From Phoronis australis (lineage: Eukaryota > Animalia > Phoronida), in NCBI GenBank assembly GCA_002633005.1, contig NMRA01000046.1, positions 998,596-1,062,595 of the forward strand: 64,000 bases of DNA, written 5' to 3'. The notes beneath the pieces were generated by a model. The model was given only the letters and a program-made list of their open reading frames with translations. It was not told where the DNA came from and did no database searches. This document shows, piece by piece, positions 1 to 11,692 of the stretch. Each line of letters starts with the position of its first letter. Position 1 is the stretch's first letter. The translations under genes were made by a program, and so were the position numbers.

Positions 1-194
1 GTTCCGAGTACGAGGTAAGATTAACCGCCCAGGGCGGTTGCCTGTCGTAATAAGCGCCCATGTTCGGTTAACCGCCCACCCTGGATTTCTTGAAATTTCA
101 CGTTTAAGCGCCCATGTCTGGTTAACCGCCCACCCCCGATTTTTTGGGTTTGCCAATTTAACCGCCCAGGGCGTTAACCCGAACGTTTACGGTA
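1..194. mobile_element. End of a non-autonomous DNA transposon (MITE) with subterminal TTAACCGCCCA/TAAGCGCCCA repeats, terminating ...TTTACGGTA
   Basis: Six copies of TTAACCGCCCA/TAAGCGCCCA in 190 bp, ending in tttacggta (reverse complement of a TACCGTAAA terminus, TA-TSD style). The other end is outside the window. Confidence 0.6.
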
Positions 195-567
195 GTTCAT
201 GTAATACTTCATTGCTCTGCTGATATAACACTGCCTAATGCAGTTATTTTAAAGCATTCCACAGCATGTTTTCCAATATTTTACATCTGTTGGTGGGATT
301 TATCAATTTCCAACTGTGTATACAAAACTGACTGTTGTTACGTATGCACACATTTTCTTATTCACATGACATACCTTGTCTTAACTTGGATTTCATTTGC
401 ACCTGAATTGACGGCCATTAATACAGCCTGTGGTGAGAGTTGAACTTGCAAGTCAATCTGTCAGACGCATGATTTCTACTCCTGCTTTAAATTATTATCT
501 GCCCTCTGTAAGTCTCTGAGGTATTATTGTTTGATTAACCCTTGCAATGAATACTGTTCTGTTTTAG

Positions 568-781
568 TGGTATCTGGAATATCATCTGCGGCCCACTTGG
601 GATTGGCTGATAGCTGTCATGGACACCACTGAGGCACAACTGAGGTTTGGATCAGCCCTTTGTCACGCCACTAACCCTGCTGTGCCACAACATCCAATGT
701 TCCCGTTCAGTCAGCGTAACCAGCGTGAGCGGACAAACAATGAAGCTGACACAAGGCGGCGGTTACCTGCTCCCTCTGCTG
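568..781 (+). CDS. UBR5: UBR5/EDD E3 ubiquitin ligase internal exon (WYLEYHLRPTWDWLIAVMDTTEAQLRFGSAL...)
   Basis: ttttag acceptor and gtaat donor; peptide matches the conserved UBR5 PTW-W...MDSTEAQLRYGSAL block. Confidence 0.9.
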
Positions 782-1182
782 GTAATGATAATGTCTTTTT
801 CATGATTTGCAGTCTAGTCGTTAATCTAGTTTCTGCAAAACACAAATTGGAAGGCCTGTCACTTGTTGTTTAACTTCATAAGCACATAAAAGACAATAAT
901 ATATTTGAAGAGCAATCTCTTCATTTAAGTGCAAAATCCAAGGTTTCAATCTCCCTCTCTTTATCATAAGGTGTGTCAGAGTATTTATAGTCATTGTGTA
1001 AGAGCACTTCTTATGGTAAATATCTTATTACATGCTTTTAGCTCTATCAAGGACACTCTCCTTTACTAAACTATCAGTGCAGCTCAGTTCATATGTTGTT
1101 AATATAATTTTTAAAATTTATTTGCTACCATCAGTTTCTGAACCAAATCTACATCACAGGCTTGGTGTATGCTACATTACAG

Positions 1183-2291
1183 GTCCTGACTCGCACTCTG
1201 CTCGGAGGGACTTCCTCAACTATGCCTTAGGTCTGATGAGGTCACACAACAATGAGCATGCTGACAACATCCCCCTGTTGGATGTATCGGCTCTAAAACA
1301 TGTCGCGTTTGTCTTCGATGCTCTAATCTACTACATGAACAGTGGCACAGATGCTGACCCAGAGGCACTGAGAGATGGAGTGTCGGACATCTTTTCAATG
1401 CATGAACAGGATGAGAATGAGAATGAACATGATGAGCACGATGAGGACTCCATGGGACCGTCCACTGCACTTGACCAGGACAGCCTGGACAGTGAAGTGG
1501 ACTGTAAGTTGGGACGTAGACATGCCTTTTTCCATCGGTCAGACTCCACCACCTTCCTTGGTTGTCACCTGCCTGACCCTTTCAAGACTCCCTTGGTGGA
1601 GGCGCTGCCTCTCGCTGACAAGCCCCATTTGTTACAGCCCAATGCTCGTCGAGAGGACATGTTTGGCATGGCTAAACAACCAGTTCCTGTGCAGTTGACT
1701 GCTGCGCAGCCGCAACCCCCGAACCATTTTGACAAACTGCCACTACATCTATCATTGTCATCTAGGCTGCTTGCACCACCACCCCTCATGCCTGCGTNAG
1801 TTGGGACGTAGACATGCCTTTTTCCATCGGTCAGACTCCACCACCTTCCTTGGTTGTCACCTGCCTGACCCTTTCAAGACTCCCTTGGTGGAGGCGCTGC
1901 CTCTCGCTGACAAGCCCCACTTGTTACAGCCCAATGCTCGTCGAGAGGACATGTTTGGCATGGCTAAACAACCAGTTCCTGTGCAGTTGACTGCTACGCA
2001 GCCGCAACCCCCGAACCATTTTGACAAACTGCCATTACATCTATCCTTGTCATCTAGGCTGCTTGCACCACCACCCCTCATGCCTGCGTCGTCCCATCCA
2101 CCTACTTTAGAGAGCGCTGCTAGTGTAATTGTGCGGTCCTGGGCCCCGGCCTCTACCACATCGACTCTACCGACAGAGGAGAGTCCAACCACTGGTCCAA
2201 GTGAGCGGCCTCAGCAGAGTGTCATTGTACATGCTAGCACACAGGCTAGGACCAGCCTCAGTCAGCCGCCAACAGGGGAGCCACTTGTAGA
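1183..2291 (+). CDS. UBR5: UBR5 large exon ([21 protein letters not shown]...); contains an artefactual 291-bp duplication at the N (1798)
   Basis: acag acceptor, gtgagt donor at 2292; conserved DFLNYAL-LMRSHN-EH and [25 protein letters not shown] motifs. True exon is about 1183-1797 joined to 2090-2291. Confidence 0.9.
1507..2089 (+). repeat. 291-bp direct duplication (1507-1797 / 1799-2089) across a single N; probable contig overlap or uncollapsed alleles
   Basis: Two near-identical copies (4 substitutions seen) separated exactly by the N. Confidence 0.9.
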
Positions 2292-2644
2292 GTGAGTGGA
2301 TATAATAATATGCTTTTGTTGATGTCATCACTTGGTTTAACAATTCTCTCTTCCTTTCTTGGTTCAGCCTTGTTGCATTTCTTCAAAACTGATGTCAAGT
2401 AGCAGTTCAAAAGAAAGTCATTAACAAGCTTAAGTATATTCACACTGTAGCTTATTTGAACAAGTGCACTGGCTCTATATCTCTTAATCTATTTAGTGAG
2501 AATAAGTTGAACATAATATAGTTTGGCATTTGGCTCCGATAGTCTTTTCAAGCTAACAGTGAATGAAATTATGATTACTCTCCCATATGTTTGGTCTGGT
2601 AAAGCACACCATGAAATAATGTACATCAATTGTTTGTATTGCAG

Positions 2645-2776
2645 CTCTCTCATTGGTAGTGTCTCCACCACTCTGTCATCAGATGTAGACATAGTGGGCT
2701 CTATTGACAATGTGTCCAATACTGTAGAAGTGGGTACATCAAACACACAGACAGTGACTACTGGCCAGCCCAATAG
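2645..2776 (+). CDS. UBR5: UBR5 exon (SLIGSVSTTLSSDVD...TGQPNR)
   Basis: tgcag acceptor, gtatgc donor; phase 2/2 fits both neighbours. Confidence 0.75.
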
Positions 2777-3202
2777 GTATGCTATTTTCATACATGGTTC
2801 ATTTACTTGTAGTGTATTGAATTATTTGACAAACTTGTGATTTACATGATGCCCAAGAGCTTCTGGTTGGTTGTCGTTACTCTTGATGAGAGCGCCATCT
2901 GTGCTTGTACATGACATAAAAGATGCAAGCTTCATAAAAGCAATTGTCTTCCATGAATCTGGTCATATAGCAAATTACCTTTGTTCCCAACCTCCAGGAC
3001 CACTTGGTAGCAACAAGTGACAAAGTCATGGTAAAATGTTACCTGCATGTGGTCAACAGCCGCTGCTCTATGCTATTCCAAGTTCTTACTTTCCTTGCCA
3101 ATCGCACGCCAGATCAGCTTTGCGGTGTCCAATAACAAGCCACAACAGCAATCCGCAGACCAATCCCTTGATGTCATTTTTTTTATTCACCTTTGCTTGC
3201 AG

Positions 3203-3419
3203 GCCAGCCAACACTATTGGTCAACAGGTTACCCAGGAGATGTTACTGGCTCGATGGCGACTGAGTTTGGATCTGTTTGGCCGTGTCTTCTGTAATGATG
3301 TGGGTGCTGAGTATGGCTCAGTCATCAGTGAACTGGGAGGCTTTCCTGTCAAGGAGACAAAGTTCAGGCGAGAGATGGAAGCTATCAGGAACTCACAACA
3401 GAAGGATTTATCATTTGAG
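3203..3419 (+). CDS. UBR5: UBR5 exon ([16 protein letters not shown]...[17 protein letters not shown])
   Basis: Highly conserved UBR5 block with canonical splice sites. Confidence 0.95.
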
Positions 3420-3892
3420 GTGAGAGGTTCCCAGGACTGCTGGTATGTAGTGGAATGAAATAATTGAGTATTCACGATGGGAAGAAATCATTCACAGATA
3501 ATATTTGGCAAAAAGTCATGCATTGGTTAGCGATAGGATTATTATTGATAGTAATGAAAGAAACAGCTTTGATAGTAGTAGTTGTTATTTCTTAAGTATT
3601 TCAGACATCTAAAGTTCCTATTAAGATTTATTATGTACTTGTGCATTTATTTACATGCAATGAAATTGTTAAATTTTAACCTATTTCTGTGTTTCTCGAG
3701 AGCAGATAGTATTGTTAATTTCTTATAACACTTTTTGGTGTTAATGTTGCACTTTTGTTTTTGTAAAGTTGAATTATCAATATTATTGTATGAACCAATG
3801 TTTACTAAAATGATAACTGAATGATTTTGTACACTAACCCATTTGTGAGTACTGAACCACTCTACACAACATTGTATTTTATACATCACCAG

Positions 3893-4136
3893 GTGGAGCG
3901 GGATCGCAGTGCTTTGATTCAGGCGACCATCAAGTCGTTAAACACTCAATTCCGTCGCACCAACCCCAACGGCCCCCCTCTGGCCGTGCATCGAGTGAAG
4001 ATCACATTCAAGAATGAGCCAGGAGAGGGCAGTGGTGTGGCTCGCAGTTTCTACACGGCATTTGCTAATGCCATCCTGTCGTCAGATAAACTTCCCAACC
4101 TGGAGAGTAGTATGGTGGGGAACAAAGTCTCTTACA
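3893..4136 (+). CDS. UBR5: UBR5 exon, start of HECT N-lobe (VERDR...VKITFKNEPGEGSGVARSFYTA)
   Basis: F-EPGEGSGVARSFY motif; ccag acceptor, gtgagt donor. Confidence 0.95.
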
Positions 4137-4504
4137 GTGAGTAGTTGTGTTGAGTGTGCATTACCAGCTGTTGAAACAGTGTTCATTGGTACTCGGGGTG
4201 AGGAAATGAGGCTTGGGAAGCCTTAGGACAACAAACTCTCTTACAGTGAGTAGTGTGTTGAGTGTGAATGACCAGCTGTTGAAACACAGTGTTCATTGGT
4301 ACTCGGGGTGAGGAAATGAGGCGTGGGAAGCCTTAAGCTGGTGGACTTTATTGCCAACATTAGATATCCAGACATTACGTGAATTTCTTAGGCGTCACCA
4401 TAAGTTTTAGATGAAGGACTATTTATTATCTTACATATGTCATGTTCAACATATTGCTGTAGTTATTCTGATATAGTTACTAAATATGTTGACAACTATT
4501 GCAG

Positions 4505-4634
4505 ACTTAGCTCAACGACTTCGTACACGAGAACGTGACCGTGAGAGGCAGCGTCAGAGGATGCCCTCTATTGAGAGAGAACACCGACTGTCATATGAAG
4601 CTCCTCCATTTTACATGCCTTCAGATTCAGACAG
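4505..4634 (+). CDS. UBR5: UBR5 exon (LAQRLRTRERDRERQRQR...PPFYMPS)
   Basis: R/E/D-rich segment typical of UBR5 before MLLE; splice phases fit. Confidence 0.8.
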
Positions 4635-4903
4635 GTCAGTGAAGACCAGGTGGTGACCGTGATCATTATTCACATACCTGAGTTTTTGAAATTAAATACA
4701 AGAATGTGCTTTGAATATCGTTTGTGTATATCATGTTATTTCAACATTTATTAGTTGTTTGTCAAGTAGAAGCAACTCATCTTAGTCTTCGTTGAAATAG
4801 TTTGCCAAATACGTAATCAAAATTGCTATATTTTGACTCTGTTGTCTTTCTTCCACCCTTTTTTTAATATTTGTGTAATCAAACTTTGACTCGTCATTTT
4901 TAG

Positions 4904-5021
4904 GGCCGCAGAACCTGAAGACCCGTTCACTGAGAGGCGGCGTCAACTGGGCGATCCTTACATCAGCCAACGGCGGCAAGTTGGAGAGAGACTGTACCCC
5001 AAAGTGCAGGCATTACAACCA
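4904..5021 (+). CDS. UBR5: UBR5 exon, MLLE/PABC N-terminal half (RQVGERLYPKVQALQP)
   Basis: GERLYP motif; ttttag acceptor, gtatgt donor. Confidence 0.9.
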
Positions 5022-5479
5022 GTATGTGGCTTTAGTTCTACATTAGTAGTCCCCATTGTGATACAATTAGTCATTATATTTTATGGTTTTGATAGATCTA
5101 TTTATTGTTTACTGTTGGCATGATTATTTCCTGTCGCAGTCTCGTTGACTAATACCTTTCATTTAGGAATGTTAAGAGACAATTCAGGCGAAGGATTTGT
5201 TTTAGACCATGTAGTAAATCTCACACAAGGGGTAATTGGGTACTGTGGGAAAATGTTCAATGACAAAAATTCATTCTGTAGTAATGTGCTGTGTAGTTTT
5301 TCATACTGTCCAATAAAGCCTATTTAATTAGACGAAAATCTACAGTGCTTTCTAGAACAAATTTTTGTTATTGAATTTGTTTTCAGCAATTAGACAAATT
5401 GGTCTCTCTTTGTTTATTGTTGAGAAAATCTGCTGGAAGCCCGCACAGGTCAGTTGTATTACGTCTGGTGCTGTTTTAG

Positions 5480-5616
5480 ACACTGGCTGCTAAAATTACT
5501 GGTATGTTACTGGAACTGCCTCCAGCTCTACTGTTGTGGTTGATGACATCAGAGGAGGCTCTCAGACGACGAGTGAATGAGGCTGTTGATATTATCATGA
5601 CAAATGGCTCAGGAAG
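5480..5616 (+). CDS. UBR5: UBR5 exon, MLLE domain ([15 protein letters not shown]...RVNEAVDII)
   Basis: KITGMLLE signature. Confidence 0.95.
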
Positions 5617-5728
5617 GTGAGTGACTGGCAGAGAGATCAATATACTCATTCATTTATAGGGTAGTATGCTGTATTGTCTTAGTTACTACTCCTTCTATTA
5701 TTGTCTTACTATTGTTGTCATAACCATC

Positions 5729-8365
5729 ATTTTTGCGCCCCAATATTTATACGTGGGCGCATTATGCTGTCATCTCTGTCTGGTCTCCGTCTGGCATTTG
5801 CTGCTCTGTCACCAAAACCCTTTGATTAATGTTCATGAAATTTTGCACTTGTGTTGCTTTCATGGGTGGGATGGCGTCAGTGAACTTTCTTATGGTTCTG
5901 ACTACTGGTGCGCACCCTAGTGGCAATTTTATTGTTATGTTTACCTCTGTATCTTCAAAGATCATAAACGGATTCTCATAAAATTTGGCAGATAGGCATT
6001 TTTAGTGTGATGACGCTATCCTCTTGTTTTCGGATGGATTCGAGGTATTTTGCACCACCTAGTGGCCATTTTTACTGTTTTCATGTCGGATTTTTTCACG
6101 TCCACCCTTCTATCAACCAAACCACTCTAAGGATGATTGTGAAAATTGAACTAGATAGTATATGTTCCTGCTGTGAAGAGTAGGGCTGGCGAGGATTTTC
6201 CGACGACTTCGACAACAGTGGCACTTCCTAGTGGCAGTTTCGTTATTTTGCACCCATGGCTGTATCTCCTAAACTCTGCAGGATATTTAGGGCTGTTCCA
6301 GTAAAATCCGTGTGGGAGGGGGGGGACGGCAGTAGAAATAAAAATTCATGGGTGGTGGTCTTCAGAAAAAAACACAAATTATGGGTGGTCGTTCCTGTAA
6401 GAAGTGATGCATTAAAAATGGGTGGTATTTTTTGTCCTGTTAATGTTGACAGGTTGGTTACTTCAGCCCTCAAAACTCAAAACAAGCCAATACAAAAAAG
6501 CCCATATTGCTAGTGAACAGAGTGCAATATGTTCACTAAGCCATTAATCAAGTCATGGGCAACTTGATTTGAGCCAACTGTTTGTCTGCAGTCCTATTGA
6601 ATTGAAAAGTTATGCAACACTAAACTGGTGTTAACACATATAAGAAAATTGATGATTTTTAAATAAAAATTATGAGGAGTAAGATAAACAAGGTCCAATA
6701 TTCACTTAACATAGAAGTATAAAAGCTATCGTGGAGACAGTTTGAGATTCATAGATCCTTATAATTGAAAAAAATGTTCATTGAAACTATAGACACATGG
6801 TGAACAGAGACACCTGGTGGCTGCCAAAAGTATTGCTCACAGGCTACTTTAGTTTTTGACAATATTGGACAAGACAACTAGTTCTTGTCTGTCAATCATC
6901 TAAGTTCTTAACAGGTCTTCCTGGAGGCAGTTTGTTTGCAAGTGTTGGATTTTATATTTTAACCTATTAAAAATAATTAAAAAATTATGGGTCATGGGTT
7001 GGAGAAATAAATGAAAAATATGGGCGGTGGGTACGAAATAAAAGTGCCTTCCCCCCCCCTCCCATACAGATTTTGCTGGAACAGCCCTTATTACTTTTAG
7101 CAAGTGTCTTTATATGAAGTTGACAACGGACGATGATGACGACAGATGCGACGAACGCTGTGCCCCCTAGTGGCAATTCATTTTTTCCATTTTCCTCTTT
7201 CTCTGAAGTTTCTCTGAAGATTTTTACTAGCTATCTACTACAAAAACAATGACTTGTTTCTGTTTGGGATTGATTCGATGCATTTTGCACTAAACAAAAG
7301 TCAACCAGTGACAATTTTTACTGTTTTCTAGTCTGTTTTTGGCATCCGCGTCTCTATCAACCAAACCACTCGTAAGGATGATTTTGAAAATTGTTGTTTA
7401 TGTTTCTACTGTGAAGAGAATAGCTGATGGTGATTTTCACACGACTCGGACTACTGTGGCGCTTCCTAGTGGTATTTTTTGCGTCTCTGGCTGTATCTTC
7501 CAATACCTCTGCGGGCTCTTTGGCAAGTGAATTTATATGAAGTTGACTGTGGACAACGGCGACATTTGGATGGATCCAACTACCACTGTGCCCCCTAGTG
7601 TCAATTTATTTTTTCATTGTCCTGTGTTTCATTGAAACTACTTGGCATATTTTTATGAAATTTTATAAATAAGTTTCTATTAAGGAGTTGCTCTTATTAT
7701 TTTCGTGTCCGTTTTTGGCATCTGTCTATTGGCCAAACCATTCAAATGTTTATATGAAATGTGGCAGATGTAATTGTACTGAGGAGAGCATTCTCCATGT
7801 TGATTTTCTGATGGGTTGGAAAACTGTGGTGTCCCCTAGTGGCAATTTTGTTTTTTCTATCGATATGTACCAGGTTTCTTGATGAATCATCACAAAATTT
7901 GGTTGTTATGTTTCTATTAAGTAGAGCTCGTCTGGTGCCGACTTACCAACAAATCTGTCTAGTGTAGCATCTCCTTGTGACTACTTAGATTTTCTTTGCA
8001 TTTTTCTTAATAGCTACCAAGTTTCTTGGTCTTTGTGAAATTTGGCAAATAACTTTCTATGAAGGAAACTACACCACCTGTCTAGCTTTAGAGTCTACAC
8101 AATGTAGTGGCTGTTTGTTCTTGTCTTTTTAGTTTTGATTTTTGACTGATGGGACTACTGTGGCACCCCCTTGTAGCAAATTGCCACTGCCTCTCCAAGT
8201 TTTCGATGGATTCTCTCGAAATTTTACCTGTGTTTTGTAAATGAAGAGAGCACCACTGGATTTTGATTTTCACATGTAATTATTCAAAAAATGAATGCAC
8301 TGTTTATCTTTACTGTTTGAGATGCACATGGTGGGCGCATATCAACATCCTGCATTGTTTTATTT
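5729..8365. mobile_element. Helentron/HINE (DINE-1-like) non-autonomous element with central degenerate tandem repeats
   Basis: T-run, then GCGCCCCA..TGGGCGC hairpin (5735-5760), gtct-rich stretch, about 9 degenerate repeats containing CCCTAGTGGC, and a second TGGGCGCAT near the 3' end (8332-8340). Confidence 0.55.
6290..7087. mobile_element. PIF/Harbinger-type (Tourist-like) MITE nested in the HINE-like element
   Basis: About 37-bp TIRs GGGCTGTTCCAGTAAAATCCGTGTGGGAGGGGGGG / CCCCCCCTCCCATACAGATTTTGCTGGAACAGCCC; TTA TSD at 6287-6289 and 7088-7090. Confidence 0.8.
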
Positions 8366-8549
8366 ATTAATGATTTATTTTTCATAATGTATAGGTTCTA
8401 ATACGAATATTGTTTGTGCAATAAACTTGTTTAAGTCTAATTCCTGGTAAACCTCCCCTAAAAGTTATGTATTTAATTTCTGAGTCAAATGTGTTTTTAT
8501 GTCATAATTGTCAACCTGCAGCTGATTGCCATGTCATGAGTATATTACA

Positions 8550-9061
8550 CAGGGCTTGGAATTTTCCGCGGAAACGCGGATTTCCGCTTTTTTCAAATGT
8601 GCTTTCCGCTTTTTTATAATATTTCCGCGTAAAAAATCGGATTTGATATAAAATTTCCGCGGCAAATTCCTTTCTTACCGCGGCGTTGCAGACGACGTTC
8701 ACCTCGAAAAGCAGAAGTTGCTCTGTATGTTTCGGAGGAACGTAAATTGTCAACATTGCCGGGGCATCTGGGACAGCGTGGTGGGATTTTCAATGGTGTC
8801 TCGTGTTATTGTTAAGCGCGGCGACAAATACTACCGCTCTGCAGCCAAAAATGTGTGGGTTGGGAGTGGACGGGCGAGCTAAAAGGACGCAGACGCATGC
8901 TACTGATGGTGGAAACGTTTTTTTTTTTTTTATTCCTCCCGATTTTTGTCGGGGAAAGGTTCACATTGACCATTTCAAGGCTGGTTATCGGGCATGATTT
9001 GGGCCGTAAAAGTTTAAATAAAAGTTTCCGCGTTTTTTGTCATTGGTCATTCCAAGCCCTG
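8550..9061. mobile_element. hAT-like MITE, copy 1 (6-bp TSD ATTACA)
   Basis: TIR CAGGGCTTGGAAT / ATTCCAAGCCCTG; ATTACA at 8544-8549 and 9062-9067; near-identical copy at 57965-58479. Confidence 0.9.
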
Positions 9062-9101
9062 ATTACAGTATTGTTTATTTGTTAACTTGCATCTCCTGCA
9101 G

Positions 9102-9314
9102 AGAGGTGAGTGCTGAGGCTTTGCTTGACCTGGATATCTTTAACTTGTCATCAAACAAGTCAAAGAAGACAGCTCAGTCAACGAACACGGAGGAAGAGGA
9201 CGACTTAGAAGACAATGCATCACTGTTCTGGCAGCCTGGTAAACGTGGGTTTTACTCACCGCGCCAGGGCAAGTGTAGTCCCTGTAGACTGAATGCCTTT
9301 AGAAATGTGGGCAG
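9102..9314 (+). CDS. UBR5: UBR5 exon (...[21 protein letters not shown]...[10 protein letters not shown])
   Basis: Conserved [12 protein letters not shown] motif; canonical splice sites. Confidence 0.95.
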
Positions 9315-9736
9315 GTACGTTTTGAGATCTGCTCATTTTTATTTGTAATAGCTTTGGTCATCCATTCAATGTACCAACATCCATGTAACTCATCACTTGA
9401 TGCGCAATAAAATCTATGGCTTTGGCTTTAGTGTCTTGAAAACATCTTAAACAATTTCATCTACAGTGGTGTTTGGAAATTTGAATACAGACAAAGTGGG
9501 GAGCTGCAAGGTGTCAAATCGGACATTGAGTTTTAAGTCATAGGTGTATGTTAGATTGTTTGCAAAGTTTTGAAAGCTAATTGTTAAGAGCTTAGCTTAA
9601 ATAAGTGTTATATAATCACTGGGATTGAGATTATTATTGTTATTACTATTATATTGCTGTTATTATTATTGTTGTTGTTGTTGGTATTAGTGTTATTATT
9701 TTGCTAGTGTTATTTTTACTGTTGCTGTCATTGCAG

Positions 9737-9965
9737 AGTGATAGGCTTGTGCCTGCTACAGAATGAGCTGTGTCCCATCTTTTTGTCTCGACCTGTACTT
9801 AAGTATATCCTTGGTCGAAAGATAGGCTGGCATGACTTAGCCTTCTTTGACCCCATGATGTACGAGAGCCTACGCCGCCTAGTGTGCAATGCAGAAACTA
9901 AAGATGCTTTTCTAATCTTCACCACCCTGGACCTGACATTCAGTGTAGACCTAGGTCCTGAAGAG
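9737..9965 (+). CDS. UBR5: UBR5 HECT exon (IGLCLLQNELCPI...WHDLAFFDPMMYESLR)
   Basis: HECT motif WHD-AFFDP-MYESLR. Confidence 0.95.
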
Positions 9966-10278
9966 GTAAGTCTAAAATAACCTTTGAAGCAGATAAGTCC
10001 ACAGATATTTGGTTCATGCTTTATCTATGATCCTGTAATCCAAACACTGAAATCAAACTAATTAACATCTAGTAAGAGATCAGAAATGTTATGGTACTCT
10101 GCATTTTGCTGTTTACTTATCTAGTCAAAATAGATTACAAAAAATTACCTATCTATCAGTCTTCGATTTCTTTTTTGAAAATTCATCCAAGGCAGTATTA
10201 AGATTTGCTCTTCACACCGATGATTATTTTACTGTTGCTCTAAGTGAATGTTAACTGTGGTCGCTGTGTTCGCTTCAG

Positions 10279-10404
10279 GGTGGTGACCATGCTGAGCTGG
10301 TGGCGGGTGGGAATGAGATCTCGGTATCTCCTAACAATGTGCATGACTATGTGCGTAGATACGCTGAGTACCGGATGATAAAGTCCTGTGAAAAGTCCCT
10401 AGAG
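10279..10404 (+). CDS. UBR5: UBR5 HECT exon (GGDHAELVAGGNEISVSPNNVHDYVRRYAEYRM)
   Basis: EL..GG..I.V...NV..YV..YA HECT pattern; phase 0/0. Confidence 0.92.
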
Positions 10405-10882
10405 GTAAGTGCTGTGTTAGATACCTGCAGTTACTGGACTTCTGAGAACCTATAGTTAACTTTGCATTGCCTCTAAAATTATGGCTATAAAATTGACAGC
10501 AGCTTGATTTGTGAGTTTGAAAGGGAGTGACACTGTTCGTCAATCCTTGAGACCATGCGCGACGCATAAAACATTTCTCAAATTCTGTGTCACACAAGTC
10601 TCAAATTAGCGCATACTTTTTCAATACAGATTATGACACTCAAAATGTAAGCAATAATATCAAAAATCATAACAGCATTTACTAATGTATTGAGAGTTAA
10701 TGTGTGGTATACTGATTTTGTTTGTCAGCAGTATATGACCAGATTGTTGAATGAGTGAATGGTCTGCTTGGTTTTCAAATATGACTCTTTCTTGAAAATT
10801 ATGTCTTGTTTGTAGTTATTTAGCCTGAATCCTAAACAGTGTGCTGTTGTGTAATAGTGCCAATGTTGGTGATTTATTGCAG

Positions 10883-11113
10883 CAAATTCGCATGGGTGTA
10901 ATGGACGTGATCCCCAGCTACACACTAGATGGCCTCACTGCAGAGGACCTGCGACTGCTGTTAAACGGACAGGGAGATATTGATATACAGACTCTCATCA
11001 GTTACACCTCATTCAATGATGAGAGTGGCGAGGGAGGAGAGAAAGTTCACAAGTTCAAACGTTGGTTCTGGTCAATAGCTGAAAAAATGTGCATCACTGA
11101 GAGACAAGACTTG
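10883..11113 (+). CDS. UBR5: UBR5 HECT exon ([12 protein letters not shown]...[12 protein letters not shown]...ERQDL)
   Basis: HECT C-lobe motifs. Confidence 0.95.
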
Positions 11114-11692
11114 GTAAGTTCGCTACACCCAAGGTTGTTGGTCAATAGCTGGAACAATGTTTTGCTTCGGGAAATCACTAAGTTGTTTACTACCAAGATG
11201 ACAGGAAGTTAGATGCCAGTTGTGGTTGATAGGCAAGACACTGAGCATCTGTAAAGGATATTAACTTGATAAGTTGACCACACAGAGAATGGTAGAAATT
11301 AGTCAGTGGTTTTGTCAATAGCTGAGAAGACAAACGTCTTTGATGTATTGGGAATGATAATCCAGGCACTCTTTGAATGGAAGGCAAATTAAGTGAGGTT
11401 ATGGTTGACAGACCACAAGACGATGGTAACAGAGACGAGATTTACCAGAATAGTTTTGTGATGGGAAGGATTATAAATCCTTGCAGCAACTCGTATTATT
11501 TTGCATATCTGGAAGACCTTAAGTGCATTTCAATAAATTTCTACTATAGCATTGTGTAAAATGTTCGTGATACCACAATAGATGCCTACCTTCATATGTG
11601 ACATCAGCATATCTTTGTTCTAGTTATACTTCTGGACATCCAGTCCTGCTCTCCCTATCTACATATATGACATCAGCATATCTTTGTTCTAG

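Noticed and set aside
1507-2089. Apparent internal exon duplication and frameshift in UBR5
   Set aside because: The junction is a single N between near-identical copies; best explained as an assembly overlap, not biology.
8511-9085. ORFs 8511-8756, 8803-8997, 8855-9085 and 58221-58487
   Set aside because: They lie within the non-coding MITE and have no recognisable protein features.
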